Shown here piece by piece: positions 37,801-48,188 of a DNA stretch of 64,000 nucleotides. Position 1 is the stretch's first letter. Every line of letters starts with the position of its first letter. The notes under the pieces were generated by a model. That model did no database searches, had not been told where the DNA came from, and worked only from the letters and a program-made list of their open reading frames with translations. The DNA is from Entomortierella parvispora E1425 (taxonomy: Eukaryota; Fungi; Mortierellomycota), in the NCBI GenBank assembly GCA_020891255.1, contig BQFW01000012.1, forward strand, positions 1,426,001-1,490,000. The letters run 5' to 3'. A program made the position numbers and the translations under genes.

Positions 37801-40258
37801 GTATTTTTTTTTTTTTTGTTGTTGTTGTTGTTGATAAGGTAGAAAGAATGCTGACAAAACTACTCTTCAAATGTTAGAACTTTGTTGTCAACTCTGCCAC
37901 TTTTACGAATGCGATGGCAACCTTGGCATTGCTAGATGTGACGTTCAAGCCCAAGGACGCTTCCATCAAGAGGTCTGCAGATCGCAACTTAGTCGTTGCC
38001 TCCAGCTCTCCGGCCATTGTCTTTCATTCGTCCACAAAGGAGTCATATCAGACACCCATGACAGGATCTGTGATCGCCACTCAACAGTACTACAAGAAGC
38101 TAGAGAAGACCATCTACAGCAACAAACTGGGAACAAATGTTCGGAACTATGTGCGACCCGGAGCGGAATTCAGACCTCTTGAATCCTACGGTGCGCATGT
38201 GGTCCTCATGAGTAAGTTGGCTATCTTGTCTTTTATTGAGACCACTTCTAGATTTGTGCTCGCGACAAATCAGATACCTTTTTTTTTTTATTTTTTAGAG
38301 ATACGGTACTAACAAGTACAAATCATTCTTGAATAGATGCCACTCCCAACCCTATGAAACTTCATTTGGAGGTTCAACTTCCTCATGGGGCGATGCCCAT
38401 TGGACTGTTGGAGCCTAATCAGGATATCGAGCTGAACGGTCATGGAACGTTCCAGTATGAGTATTTGTTCTACTTCCCGGTAGAGGGCGACTTTGAACAT
38501 TATCCTGCTCATATATCAGATGATGAGGACATTATCGCGTTTGCAGCTCCATCTGTTCTCAAAGTCCGTGCACAGGAATCAAGCACAATTTCAGACGTCG
38601 TTGACACGACAACCTGGAACTACGTGGTGACTCGAGGCTCAGATGACGAAGTCCTGACCAAGCTTAGCGCCGACCCTCTGGACGGACTGCCTGTTGAGAT
38701 TCTGGTCCCCCGTCTCTACAGGAACTCTGGGTTCTTGAAGAACGTGACCAAGGTCCTGCGAGAGCGTCATGAATACAATGAACGAATCTGGAGTGTCTCT
38801 TTAGCCTTGAATGAGCTCGACGAGGAGCTAGAGATCCTCTTGCAAGAGTATATCGCAACACAGCCCGTATCTGGTAAAGTAGGCCCTTGGTTTACCTCCA
38901 GATTATTAAGGACGCGTCCAGAAAGTCGATACAAGCGCGCACAAGTGCCGGCCTTCCATTATCTGGAGTACTTCCCCTTGATCAATGCAAGAACTCACAA
39001 AGCCACTCGGGATTCCACGATCCTGAATGATCGATTCAAGACTCAGTTTGACCGTTTCCTAGTCTTGCTTTGCAGCAAGCCCATTCATGAGGTGAACGAT
39101 CTCTTGGTCCTGATTGTCTATCTCTTGGCGCAGGACCGCGTCTTTGAGGCCAAAGAGCAGTTCTTGAAATTGTCGGCCATGGTTCAGAGTCAAGGATTGG
39201 ATCAGGATCCAGAGATCAAGGCCTTCCAACACATTCAGTACGACTACTTGCGTTGTTACCTCAGTCTGTGTGTCGAAGTTCAGACCCCTAGTTCGAATGT
39301 CGATGGACTGGGCTTGATTGAGAACCTGGTCTTGGATCTGGAGGATGTTCTTACCATCTTGAACGGATATCGCCAGTACCCAGTGAAGCGATGGAACAAA
39401 CTGTTTAGGGACATGCGCCATTACGTGGATGAGATCTTGAAAGACTCGTTGGAGGCTGTCGGAGACACTGCAACGTCCACAAAGGACCCGACAGATCAGG
39501 AAGTGGTTGCGATCGAAGATATGCCTCGCCCAGCTGACTCGACATCTGTTACTGTTGACTTCAAGATTTCAACCAACAGCCAAATTGAGATCCGTCACCA
39601 GGGAGTCCGGGAAGTGCGTGTGGAGTACTATGTCATCGATGCTGAGACAATGTTCTCGTCCAACCCATTGACATTCAGCGATCAAGAAGAAAAGCTTACT
39701 AGTGTTTCGAGTGGCAACAAGACTGCAGGCGGCAACGACAGTGGCGCGGCAGGCAACAGCTACCGACTGATCAAGCCCAACGGTGTAGACAAACACCTAG
39801 TAGAGGCGAATGGACTTTTGTCGGTTCCCATTCTGGACCAGTATCTGAACACAAATGTGATGATCTCGGTGTCGACAACACCTGCGGCAGCGACCAAGAC
39901 TTGGAGGGCTTACTATTCTCAAACCATCGATGTTCAGTGCAACGAACGTGCAGGAACTATCAAGGTAATGGCCAAGGGCAAGAAGGACAAGGATACCGCG
40001 AACAACAGCCCGGCTTTGAGCTTCCGACCGATCCGGGGTGGATATGTCAAGGTGTATGCAGAGATGAAGTCTGGATACAGGGCCACCTCGTTTTGGAAGG
40101 ATGGTTACACGGATCTGGTCGGTCAATTCGAATACGCAAAGGTGTCGACGGGTGCGGCCAATGGAGGAGGACTGTCCGATGTGCGTCGATTTCTGGTGTT
40201 TGTGGATGGAGGTAAAGAGGGCTGTGTGGTCAAGACAGTTCCTGTCCCAGCCGTGTAA
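31885..40258 (+). CDS. Giant (~2200 aa) multi-exon protein with macroglobulin-like beta-sandwich segments, uncharacterized family
   Basis: In-frame exons linked by GT-AG introns, from MSRLFPQSSERTSATLLEEFALNPE to ...GCVVKTVPVPAV*. Motifs RGAFVMDVICNGENSSAYFTKG, GEEYQYILNRK...GNLLEKPSVLLTPW, YLEYFPLINARTH, GYVKVYAEM...FWKDGYTDLVGQFEY. Confidence 0.8.
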
Positions 40259-40998
40259 AGGAGAAACACCTCTGCACTCAAATTATCACATGTTGAAAAA
40301 ACGAAATAAAAAAAAAGGGGACCTCATGCAAAATAGAACGTCGACGCGTAGTATGTAGAAAGGGTTGCTTCTTTTTTTCATTTGAGTGGAAAGGAAGTAA
40401 TGAAATGCAGGAGACACAGCTATACGTCAGAGGCAGGACCCAGGTAGGCTCTCTCTTTCTGTCTGTCTCTCGCTCTCTCTCCTTGGTTGAGATATCTCCT
40501 GCATCACGGACTATGTAATTCGCAACTGAGCCTGGGAATGCTCTCTACGTTCTTGTGAACAAACAATCGTGAGAGAGTTTGAGCTGATGACGACGAGCAA
40601 TGTGGACGACAGTAAAGTCTGTGATATTGAGAAAGAGCATGAGAAAGAGAAGGAGAGAAAGACATAGACAGACGAGGGAGGAAAATGGGAGATGCGGGAG
40701 CATCGAGTCATCCTTTTTGGGAGCCTGATCCAATGCACCAGGACCAAGGTATTACTACGATACATGTATTATCTTGCCAAAGCAAGGGAACCCGAGAAGA
40801 GGGACAAACGACGGGAATCAAGAAGGGCCAGCAGAGAAGAAAATAGAAAGAAAAACCAAAGTCCGCCCAACAGGCAGGGGGTCCGGTCTGGTCTGGTCGG
40901 TCCTTTGATCGCCTTGATCTTTTTATAAATGCCTTTTCTTTTCATTTCTCTTTCTTCTTTTCATTCATTCATCATTTCTATTCATTCACACACCCACC

Positions 40999-43420
40999 AT
41001 GTCCGACTCTACTGGTAGGTAGACTGGCAGACTCGCCCGTCCGGTCACTCCCGGTACCCCTTTATTGCTTCTTGCACCTTCTGTGCCTGACTTACACCAG
41101 TCCCTGGCGTGCAGTCTCTGGACAGGAACCCGCGCCAACCGAACAACCTGGCCGATCACCCCTTTTCATGCCATGGAACTCTTTCACCCTCTCCGTCCTC
41201 GTTTACTTTGCCGTTGGTTGTTTCTTTTGAGTGTCCTTAAAGCCCCATGCCCTTGTTTTTTTTAAAAAAAAAAAAAACGGCTATGGACTTCGACCTTGGC
41301 CCCCCCCCCCCGGAAGGAAGCAAGTTACCCTGATCTTTCTCCATGTTGTAAATTGCAACGGGAGTGAAAGGGGCTGCAAAGATCACGCGTTGCTTTATCC
41401 CGGACCCTTTCATTGTTTTATTTTGAAGCAGATGGATCAGCAGACACTTTCATTCTTTGTTCACCGTTTCGTCCAATTGCCTTATCGCAAGGGGAAGACA
41501 AAGGGGAATGAGGGGAATGAAAAAGACAGTGGACAGGCGCCTGTTGACTGTGTGGACTCGATTCATGCACCCTGTTGTTGTTGTTCTCAAAACTTTGATC
41601 CATCCCACTCTCCAATTCCTCCCAGCATACCAAAGCACGCGACGAAATCAAAACAATGAGCACCGGGCAACTTGTTGCTCTCTTTTTTTTTTTTTTTTTT
41701 TTTTTTTTCTTTCGTTTTATTCCCTGATCCAACGCCACCGACGTTCAAAAGGAACGTTAAAGAAATAACAAAGAATGGGAGGCGACGAGGAAGGGAAGAA
41801 TGATAAGGACTATATGGGAACCTGGATCACCTACAGACCCACCCTGTGCCCTTCCGGTTTCGAACTCTAGGAAAGAGAGGAACCTTATTCATCTGTATTC
41901 TTTCTTTTTGTCTTGTCATAGAACAAACCGTCATTGTCCCTACCTCCGAGATCAAGCAGGAGGAGACCCCTGCCGTCGTCCCCACCGTCGCTGAGGAGGC
42001 TGCCGTGGAGGAGACCGCCATTACCTCCGCTGTCGAGGAGGAGACCAAGAAGGCAGAGGAGCAGGAGGCCGAGTTGAAGGCCGCTGCCGAGAAGGCTGCC
42101 GCTGAGGAGGAGGAGAAGCTCGCCGCCGAGAAGGCTGCTGCCGAGAAGGCCGCTGCTGAGGAGGAGGAGAAGCTCGCTGCTGAGAAGGCTGAGGCTGAGG
42201 CCAAGGCCAAGAAGGAGGCCGAGGAGGAGGAGGCCCGTGTCGCTGCTGAGAAGGAGGCTGCTGAGAAGGAGGCTGCCCGTTTGGCTGCTGAGGCCGAGGC
42301 CGAGAAGATTGCTGCCGAGAAGGCTGCTGAGGAGGCCAAGGCCGCTGCTGAGGCTGAGGAGGCTCGTTTGGCTGCTGAGGCTGAGGCCGAGAAGGTTGCT
42401 GCTGAGAAGGCTGCCGCTGAGGCCAAGGCTGCTGCTGAGGCCGAGGAGGCCCGTGTTGCCTCCGAGTTGAAGGCTGCCGAGGAGAAGGCTGCTGAGGAGG
42501 CTGCTGCTGCCAAGAAGGCCGCTGAGGAGGAGGCTGCTCGTGTTGAAGCCGAGGCCAAGGCTGCCGCTGAGGAGGCTGAGCGCGTTGCTGCTGAGGCTGA
42601 GGAGGCCCGTTTGGCTGCTGAGGCCAAGGCTGCCGAGGAGAAGGCTGCTGAGGAGAAGGCTGCTGCTGAGGAGGCTGCCCGCGTTGCTGCCGAGAAGGCT
42701 GCCGCTGAGGCTAAGGCTGCCGAGGAGGAGGCTGAGCGCGTTGCTGCTGAGGCCAAGGCTGCTGCTGAGGCTGAGGAGGCCCGTTTGGCTGCTGAGGCCA
42801 AGGCCGCCGAGGAGAAGGCTGCTGCTGAGAAGGCCGCCGCTGAGGCTGAGGTTGCTCGCATTGCTGCTGAGGCCAAGGCTGCCGCTGAGGCTGAGGAGGC
42901 TCGTTTGGCTGCTGAGGCCAAGGCTGCTGAGGAGAAGGCTGCCGAAGAGGCTGCTGCTGCCAAGAAGGCCGCTGAGGAGGCCGCTGCCCGTGTTGAAACC
43001 GAGGCCAAGGCCGCCAAGGAGGAGGCTGAGCGCGTCGCTGCTGAGGCCAAGGCTGCTGCTGAGAAGATGGCCGAGGAATTGAAGGCCACTGCTGAGGCTG
43101 AGGCTGCCTTGATTGCTGCTGAGAAGGCCTCTGCCGAGGAGGCTGTCAAGGAGTCCGTCGCCGAGGTCCAGGAGCAGGCTGTCGAGGTCAAGGAGGCTGC
43201 TGTGGAGAAGGTTTCTGATGTTGCCACCGCCGTTACCGATAAGGTCTCCAACATTACCGAGACTCTCACCGCCCCCACGGAATCTGCGCCCGTTGTCGAG
43301 GCCGCTTCCTCGTCATCAGCACCCGCCGCTGAGGAGCCCAAGAAGGCCTTGTCGATCGAGGAGGCCAAGGCCCTTGCTGCCAAGAAGGAGAAGAAGGCCA
43401 AGGCCTGCAACATCATGTAA
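40999..43420 (+). CDS. Ala/Glu/Lys-rich repetitive helical protein with C-terminal polybasic region and CaaX (CNIM)
   Basis: Exon 1 ATG TCC GAC TCT ACT G|GTAGGT at 40999 splices in phase to catag|AA CAA ACC at ~41922, giving MSDSTEQTVIV. Strong GCT/GCC/GAG/AAG codon bias. Ends KKEKKAKACNIM*. Confidence 0.85.
42060..43110 (+). repeat. Intragenic tandem repeats (AEEARLAAEAKAAEEKAA-type units)
   Basis: Recurrent GAGGCCAAGGCTGCTGCTGAG and GAGGAGGCCCGTTTGGCTGCTGAG units. Confidence 0.9.
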
Positions 43421-43555
43421 AATAGTCATTATTGTTAATCCGTTACGTACATAGCACCATTCCCTCCCTTTCTTCAATCATGTCCACATCCACACTCACA
43501 GCGTTACCTCGAGGATCTACAGCCAAAGGTCCTCGTTTCTGTTCAGCAGTTCAAA

Positions 43556-43700
43556 AATATATTTAATTTCCAATCGGGGCGCTTTATTTGTCCAGGAGCT
43601 TGTGACTCCTTTTCACGAGCCCCACTTTAGAACGTGCTGGCAAACACGCATATGTTTTTTTTGGGAAATGTTCACTCGGTTCTGGCGCGTTTATCCCTCC
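43556..43700 (-). ncRNA. Candidate Fanzor omegaRNA (scaffold up to the element end, then flank-derived guide)
   Basis: Stems downstream of the stop codon: CGTG/CACG, AGGAG/CTCCT, and GGGGC/GCCCC, the last closing exactly at terminus 43576. The following flank reads GATTGGAAATTAAATATATT. This position matches the known TnpB/Fanzor arrangement; the 5' start is unknown. Confidence 0.55.
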
Positions 43701-46700
43701 CACCCGCGGCGCGTTGTTGCAGAGCTCTTTTGGCTTCTGTCTGGGGGGTCGGTTGCTCTCGCTTGCATTGTATACTGAGTGGCCTTTCAGATGGCGGGAG
43801 ATTGTTTAATCTTTCCAAAATGTCGCGTTCTCTCTGATTCAGCTCTTTGACTGGATCGGGTGTGCTTGTCTTGACACCAGGTGTCCATTGACAATTGCCC
43901 TCCCTATCCGTGGGCTGCAAATAGTCGATTCGCGTAAAGTATGTCATCTGATGTCGGGCGGCATTGGCAATATTGTGGGCCCCGACAACGTCTCTGTGAA
44001 CTCGAGACCCGCAGCGATTACAGGCCAATCGCCTCATGTTGATGCGAAACAGGAACCGATGGCAGTGTCTGCGTGGACACTTTTGGCTCGTGTAATATTC
44101 ATTCACCAGAACTACGACGTAACCGAGTGACCGTAGCTAGAAAGAGCAACAGCAGTTAGTATTTGCCAGATCTTTTTGGGGCTGCAGGAATCGAAGTACA
44201 TGTCATGTTTGTTCAACTTACAACTCGAATAAGATAGGCAGTAAATGTGCTGTCCATGGATTCCAGGCCCTTGTTGTATCTAGACCCGCCTTGTCCTATT
44301 GCCACCAAGACCTTTTCGTCCGGTCTTTGTCGGCGCCCGATGCTGCCTCCAAACGACTTCATGATACGGTCTGCCATGATGGCAAACTCGGCCTCCATCG
44401 CCTTCTTCAGATCCCAATGCCTTTTCTTGTATTTCTGGCTCCCGTAAAACGCATCAAGTTTTTCGGCAACCTTCTCCATCTCTTGCATATACTTTGTGAA
44501 GGATGCCTGTGGCCCATGCAGTGGTGGAAGACGTCTGAGTATATCAGCGATGCTCTCTTCGGCGTCGATTGCTACAATATTGGCAGGTGCAGCATTGGCG
44601 GGTGCAGCATTGGCGGGTGCAACATTGGTAGGTGCAACATTGGTAGGTGCTACTGCCATTGGCTGCGATCGGGAGTGATTTTCCAGACGAAACTGAGCCT
44701 GACGTACAAGTTCTGCTGCTTCGTTCATTTTTACAACAAGAAGAGCTTTGGCGTCCGTAGGGAGCAGTGTTGATAGCTCTGGATCTGGCGGTCCCGTTGT
44801 ATGAGCCCTGGGGTTTGTTGCTGCTGTTGATAGTGCCTGCGCATTCGAGGCAGAGGCTTGGGAACTTGTGGAGGCCCCTTCTACTGAGGGCGTCGAAAAG
44901 GACTGCAAGAGTGCTGGGGAGATCAAGCTTGGTAACGACACTGGAGATATTGCTGATGAAGCTGTGATCAATGGTGCCTCTGCGGAGAGCGGAACTGACC
45001 GTAGCATCTTCTTGGACTCCTCCTCAAGCCAAGCGCGATGCTTGAGAATTGGTTGGTATGCAGCTTTCTGACTGATGGTAAGGTTGCGAAAGCTCGGACT
45101 GATCGTAGGATCCTGAACGCTTGGGCTGCTCGCAGACTCCGGTAGCAATACATGCACACCAACAATAAACCGATCCCCAGGATCGATGCCAACAACTGTG
45201 ATGTCGCTTGGGCTGCAGTCGCCGTAGTAGCGTTGTACGTCTCCCTCATTCTTGAAGACATGGCGGATCTCGGATGGGAAGTAGTCGAGCCCACGGATAG
45301 TGGACGTTGGACAGACGGGCATCCGATCTGATGGCAGCCGCTTGTATTTGACCATATTCAGTTCTCGAATCTTGAAGACGTTAACGTGGAGCTTCGTTCC
45401 GTTTGTAGTAATGGAGCCTTGCAGGTAATAACCCTTGTCCTCATATGCATTCGGGTCAAAGTCCTCGCTCCCCAGTCTTTGAAGGTGAGCCTCGAGCTCC
45501 AAAGTGTTGGCATCGATGATTTTCGCCTTCATTCCTCGCTTCTTCCGTTCTCGTCTTGAAAAATTGTTGCGACCGATTCTGCAGACGAATTCTTTAACGA
45601 TGGCCCCAGGTGATTGCCTTCCCACCCATGATTTGGTGTCTTCCAGAGTGGGCTCCCTAGACAAGCCTGCGCCCCCAAAGTCGCCTTGGACCATTTCCTG
45701 CAGCCTGGACTTTAGGTCAGCATGATACCAGAACAATTGTGCAAGCTGGTGGTCGGTCCATGTGATGTGAGGGTCGCTCAAATGGGTGAGAGGGAAGAGC
45801 ACATGGGTCTTGCCGTCCAGAATGTTTAATCTCCAAAAGTTCTCGATCGCGGACTCATTTTCACGAATTGAATGATCCTCTCCGTGGATTTGAGCGCCGT
45901 CCTCTTCGAGCTGCGTACAATGAAAACAAAAGACCGGATTGTTATTAAACACGCGCTGATAAAATAATCCGGCTCTGAAGCGCGATATCACATACCTTTT
46001 CTTTGATTGCAAGACTCGTATTGATATAGTGGCGTTGGATCTGGCCCTGAACGGTCCTTAACCAGGGTTCAACCAAAACAGTGGCAGAATAGGGACAGTT
46101 TTCACTCTGATAAGGAAAACCTCTGTCCTTGATTCCATAAAAGCGCAGTCGCTCTCGAAAGGCTCTGAGGGCTTCTGTTGTTCCAGGATTTTCTGATATG
46201 AGAAAACGGGCAAAGCAGGCCAGAAAGTTGCGTTGTTGAGAATTGTTGACTTTCTTGCGCTTTTTTTGGTTTGCTCCCGCTGCTCGCACTGACACTGCTG
46301 ACGTCAGGACTGGTGCCTTCAGAACCAGGAATCCTTGGGCAAATAAGATCCAAGAAAGTTCTGTCCTTATTGTCAACCACTGGCTGCGCTAGAACCGCCT
46401 CAATGTAGCGTCCAAATATCCGCTCAATTTGTCTCCTGGCTGCTGTACTCACTTTCGCCGCCAAGGCAAGGCAATCGACGACTGTTTGGCCATAGTTACC
46501 CTTCTTACAAGCCTGAAGAATGTTCGCCTTTAGACATCCGACTTTAGCTGTGACAAACGGATGATGACGACGCAGGTCTCTCTGCATTTGCTCTCTGGGA
46601 TGAACCCTGCGCTTAGCTCCATCAACTGCTGCGTTATCAACCACAGTGTTGCCCTCCTGGGCGCAGCCACTTTCGTCATTTTCCACCTCATCCTCGTCCT

Positions 46701-48188
46701 CATCCTCATCCTCCTTGCTGCTCTCTTCCTCCTGGGCAGGTTTTTGGTACGACTTCCAGTAATATTGCTCAGCCTCCAGTGTTGGTCCGTGGTCTTTGGC
46801 CTGTCGTTCATGATACGAGTAGCGTGGTTTGATGTGCCTGTTTTTCGCGAGACTGACATCTGCCGCTGAAGGTCGATCGATTGTTCTGAATGGGTTGAAA
46901 GTCTGCTTTGAACCATGCCTCTTCGATGAAGGGTAAAGTGACGAGCTATGACAAAAGTCATGACAGTGTGAATATCAGCGAAAAAGGTACAGGAGTATAG
47001 TATGCCAATGGAGGATGCAAAGAGAAGGTTCGGGAACTTACATCGCTTGTTCTTGTCCAGACAGCCTGGCGTCACGGCGCCTCTTTTAAAGACCGGCCTT
47101 AATTTCCTCGAGGTCTTTACAGACACTGACCCATGTAAAGGGCAGCAGGGTATCCGTTGGCGCTTGCGCTGCCGTCTGCACCTTGTCCACAAAGACGCGT
47201 CTTGAACCCGCAAACATTTGGGGATCAATGTTCTTGGCCGCCAAAAGACGATGGGAAAGGAACCGTTCAACCATCTGCTCGACCCCAATGTACGCAGACG
47301 CGTCTGAAAACGAACAGATAACGATGATCGTTAGTTTGTACTCACAATACATAGAAACAGAAAGAAACAAACAGAGGAGTTTATATTACCTGCATCGCCA
47401 GAGTCAAGTTGCTTGATAACATCAAGAGTCTTGACTGACCCGAATCCCTCAACGTTCTTGTTATAGTCATTTTTGCTCACGATTGCAAAAGTTGTGAGCT
47501 GGACTCGGCTTAGATCCAGCGAGGACATCACTTTCTCAACCGCACTCACAAGAAAGCGATCTTTGGATATAGGGACAACTACGGTGTGAATAGTGTCGTA
47601 GGCGAACATGTCGCTGTCCCGAGACACAACAACATCGTGCGTTTGGCAGTCGGACGCGATTTCAGGATCTGCCTCAAAGCTACACACCCTGGCGTCGAAT
47701 CCCTGCTGAATGAGAAACTGGACAAGATTGCTCTTGATCTCTGCGGGGAAATAGTAGGCGCTTGATAACAGGCGATGGGCCTTGTTGAACAGGCCTTTCG
47801 AGATGCGTTTGTCGTGGAGAGCTCTTTGCTGTATATCCTCCACAGTTGCTTTGGCTGCAATCAGCGACTTTTGCTGTTCTTGATGTCGAGACTTTGCCGT
47901 TGCCTGCTTTTCTTCGCAGGGCTTTCCATCAAAGTAGAGAACGACGCTACTCTTAGGGACTCCACTTGTCTGTAAGAAATGGTTGATCAAAGCCAGCACT
48001 TTCTGGTGACCGATCTCCCATTTTTTCGTCGTGTGATAACCGTAGTATGACCGAAGTTGACCAAAATACGTTGCCTGCATGTCGATCCTAATTTTTGTTC
48101 CTTCTGTGCACAGTTGATCGAGCGAAAGCACAAGATCTGGACGAAAGTTGACAGCGTCGAGTCTCTCTCGTAGAGCGGGCCACCCCAT
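43672..48188 (-). pseudogene. XPG/FEN1-like PIN nuclease fused to Fanzor/TnpB-like RuvC-zinc finger (5 exons, ~1387 aa reconstructed; one nonsense codon, one frameshift)
   Basis: Exons 48188-47390, 47303-47042, 46945-45996, 45910-44222, 44136-43672. PIN motifs IRIDMQATY, LYFDGKPCEEK, FEADPEI, VSRDSDMFAY, SKNDY...GFG. RuvC motifs VVGIDPG, VAIGQGG, VNEYYTSQKCP..C...CNRC, HRDVVGAHNIAN. In-frame TAA at 47086-47088 and one extra base near 46250-46330. Confidence 0.87.
44579..44653 (-). repeat. 5 x 15 bp tandem repeat encoding (V/A)AP(T/A)N inside the Fanzor ORF
   Basis: + strand units ATTGGCAGGTGCAGC, ATTGGCGGGTGCAGC, ATTGGCGGGTGCAAC, ATTGGTAGGTGCAAC, ATTGGTAGGTGCTAC. Confidence 0.9.

Noticed and set aside
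43510-43535. Strong hairpin CGAGGA...TCCTCG just beyond the transposon end
   Set aside because: It lies outside the TSD in host flank, probably the 3' region of the CaaX gene. It is therefore not counted as omegaRNA scaffold, although it could affect 3' processing of the guide.
46946-47130. Alternative GTCAGT donor that would splice out the premature TAA
   Set aside because: Joining it to the 46945 acceptor shifts the frame into an early stop. The downstream GTAAGT donor keeps the homologous frame, so the TAA is treated as a real lesion.
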